Of a stretch of DNA of 64,000 bases, positions 62,327 to 64,000 are shown in pieces (the stretch's first letter is position 1; every line of letters begins with the position of its first letter). The notes below the pieces were generated by a model. That model did no database searches. It was not told the DNA's origin and worked only from the letters and a program-made list of their open reading frames with translations. Made by a program: the position numbers and the translations under genes. The DNA is from Octopus vulgaris (lineage: Eukaryota), in assembly GCA_951406725.2 (NCBI GenBank), contig OX597817.1:63302001-63366000 (forward strand), in the 5' to 3' direction.

Positions 62327-62386
62327 TGAGGTCTGAAGGCATGCCATAAAGGTATTATTTATGGTGAGAAACCCAGGGTAACCCTA
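62327..62386 (+). ncRNA. Degenerate hammerhead motif in the right pseudo-LTR
   Basis: tgaggt-CTGAAGG-..gccataaa..tttatggt..-GAAA-cccaggg-TA-acccta; core A9 replaced by G and stem I mismatched. Confidence 0.6.
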
Positions 62387-62408
62387 TAAAATGGCTTTCA
62401 CCTGTAAT

Positions 62409-62419
62409 AATAAAATAAA
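62409..62419 (+). promoter_or_regulatory. Candidate polyadenylation signal (two overlapping AATAAA)
   Basis: First canonical AATAAA I found 3' of the RBL stop; followed by a GT/T-rich tract at ~62432-62457. Confidence 0.4.
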
Positions 62420-63104
62420 TATATATATTGAGATGTGTATTTTTTTTTTTTTTTTTGCTCAACTCAGCATTTCACTTAACAATTTCCAGAGAGTAACTGG
62501 AACTTGAGCTGTTGAATGTGTGAATCTAAAAGTGTTTGAGTTGGTATGACAATATAACAATATACATTCACACACACACACACACACGTACGTATGTTCG
62601 TGTGTGTGTGTGTATTTAAATTAGGCATAAATAATGGGTTTTATACACTCATTTGTGCATTTCATATATATATATATATGAAAAAATATATATATATTTA
62701 CACACACATACACGCGCACACACACATAAATTATATGCTCACATTATTTGTTATCAGTTTTTTTGTCATTTTAAAAAAAAATTGTTTATGGGGGAGAAGT
62801 GGTTTTTAAAATATTTTTGAACAATTGAATTTGCTTCTTCTTTGATATCTCCGTCTATTTCACCTTTCATGTTGTTTCTTACACTCTAACTCTTTCTCCA
62901 CCCCCAAAAAGACAAAAAGTACTGAACATCTCCCCTCCACCCACTTTTATCTAAATTTTAAAATTCATAATTTTATATATATATAAATTCATAATAGAAG
63001 GGTAAAATTTATTAATTAAATTAATTAATTAATCAATCAATTAACAATTTTGTCAAGTAGATCAGTACATTAAAATAACCTTTATAGGTAAAATTATCCA
63101 CAAT

Positions 63105-63424
63105 TATGTGTGTGTATGTATGTTTGTGTGTGTGTGTGTATATATGTATGTATGTATGTGTGTGTAATTTCCCACCACTGTTTGACAACCGGTGTTGGTA
63201 TGTTTACCTCCTTGTAACTTATGTATGTATGTGTGTGTGTGTGTATATATATATATGTATATATACATGCGTGTATATATGTGTGTATATATGTATATAT
63301 AAATATGTATGTATATATGTATATATATGTGTTTATATATATTTATATATGTATGTATGTATATATATTTGTATGTATATATATATATATTTGTATGTAT
63401 ATATATATATATTTGTATGTATAT

Positions 63425-63460
<36 letters not shown>

Positions 63461-63462
63461 GT
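63105..63462. repeat. (TA/TG)n low-complexity tract with a SINE fragment
   Basis: Seen directly; caccactgtttgacaaccggtgttggt is family A SINE body. Confidence 0.85.
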
Positions 63463-64000
63463 TATTGCCTATTTTTCCACATGCTGTGTTTTGTTGGATT
63501 TCTGCTTGTTGTGTTCTATATTTATATATTTATATATATAATGTCCATCCATCCACATGCATATACATCACATTATTTTTATAAAATCATGTCTGTTTCA
63601 CACTTTTAGCTCACTTTCTCCCTCCCTCTCTCTCTCTCTTTCTCCCACATGAAATACATAATCATTTTTTAAATAATTTTTATCTTTTTTTTTTAGTATA
63701 GTCTTCATGAAATCGTAGATCATGCTAGGTTCTAATGATATAATTAACAGATTAAATGCTAATTACTTATTATTTCCATTTGAAAAATACCACACACACT
63801 CACATCATATATACACCTGTACTTTTGAGCGACAAAATGGAGAAAAGGCATGTAATACAAGTGGTACAGTTTATATATTTGAAACTGATGGTTCCCTTAG
63901 TCATTAATCCTGGTTTTTTATGCATATGTGTTCGCTTATATCTAGGAAACACAGAGTAGAGACAAAGCGAATTATTGGCTTCAAATAAGGACACACACAC

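Larger units (their letters stand above)
59839..62402 (+). mobile_element. Degenerate Penelope-like retroelement (RT + C-terminal GIY-YIG remnant) with inverted pseudo-LTRs
   Basis: Inverted repeats at 59839-60102 and 62142-62402. Internal fragments read AFITIKDHKPNF..PKCHLINPAKS, FDIVNFYPSIS, FDVVMGVYDSTDMCDLIGLYIL, GLFRDEAL, VDFIDVMLDL..TYRPYQKPN, ILNRRNIRVSFSC, CSCR, VVYQAEV, CCKLCIAE..LNSKTE..CSH, with stops and frameshifts. Confidence 0.88.

Noticed and set aside
59839-62402. DNA transposon with long TIRs
   Set aside because: The interior encodes RT and not a transposase, and the arms contain hammerhead motifs, so they are better read as inverted pseudo-LTRs.

Overview
AT-rich, repeat-dense animal genomic DNA; the SINE/MITE content suggests a cephalopod such as Octopus, which is an inference. 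The window is mostly one + strand gene for a retinoblastoma-like pocket protein (p107/p130, RBL1/RBL2 type). I traced 23 coding exons by hand from 4547 to the TAA stop at 59608. All introns are GT-AG and phase-consistent, giving 3135 nt = 1044 aa plus stop. The first exon with the ATG was not found and is probably upstream of the window. The introns hold tRNA-derived SINEs, TTAA-flanked MITEs, non-autonomous Helitrons, an RTE-like LINE remnant, a mariner remnant and several tandem repeats. About 230 bp after the stop codon lies a degenerate Penelope-like retroelement (RT plus C-terminal GIY-YIG remnant) bounded by ~260-bp inverted repeats, each containing a hammerhead-ribozyme fold. The first AATAAA after the stop lies just beyond this element. 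Further minimal hammerhead motifs and TSD-flanked foldback elements with a non-canonical hammerhead-like core are scattered through the introns. Almost all ORF-track entries are microsatellite or SINE artefacts. No prokaryote-type system (CRISPR etc.) is present.
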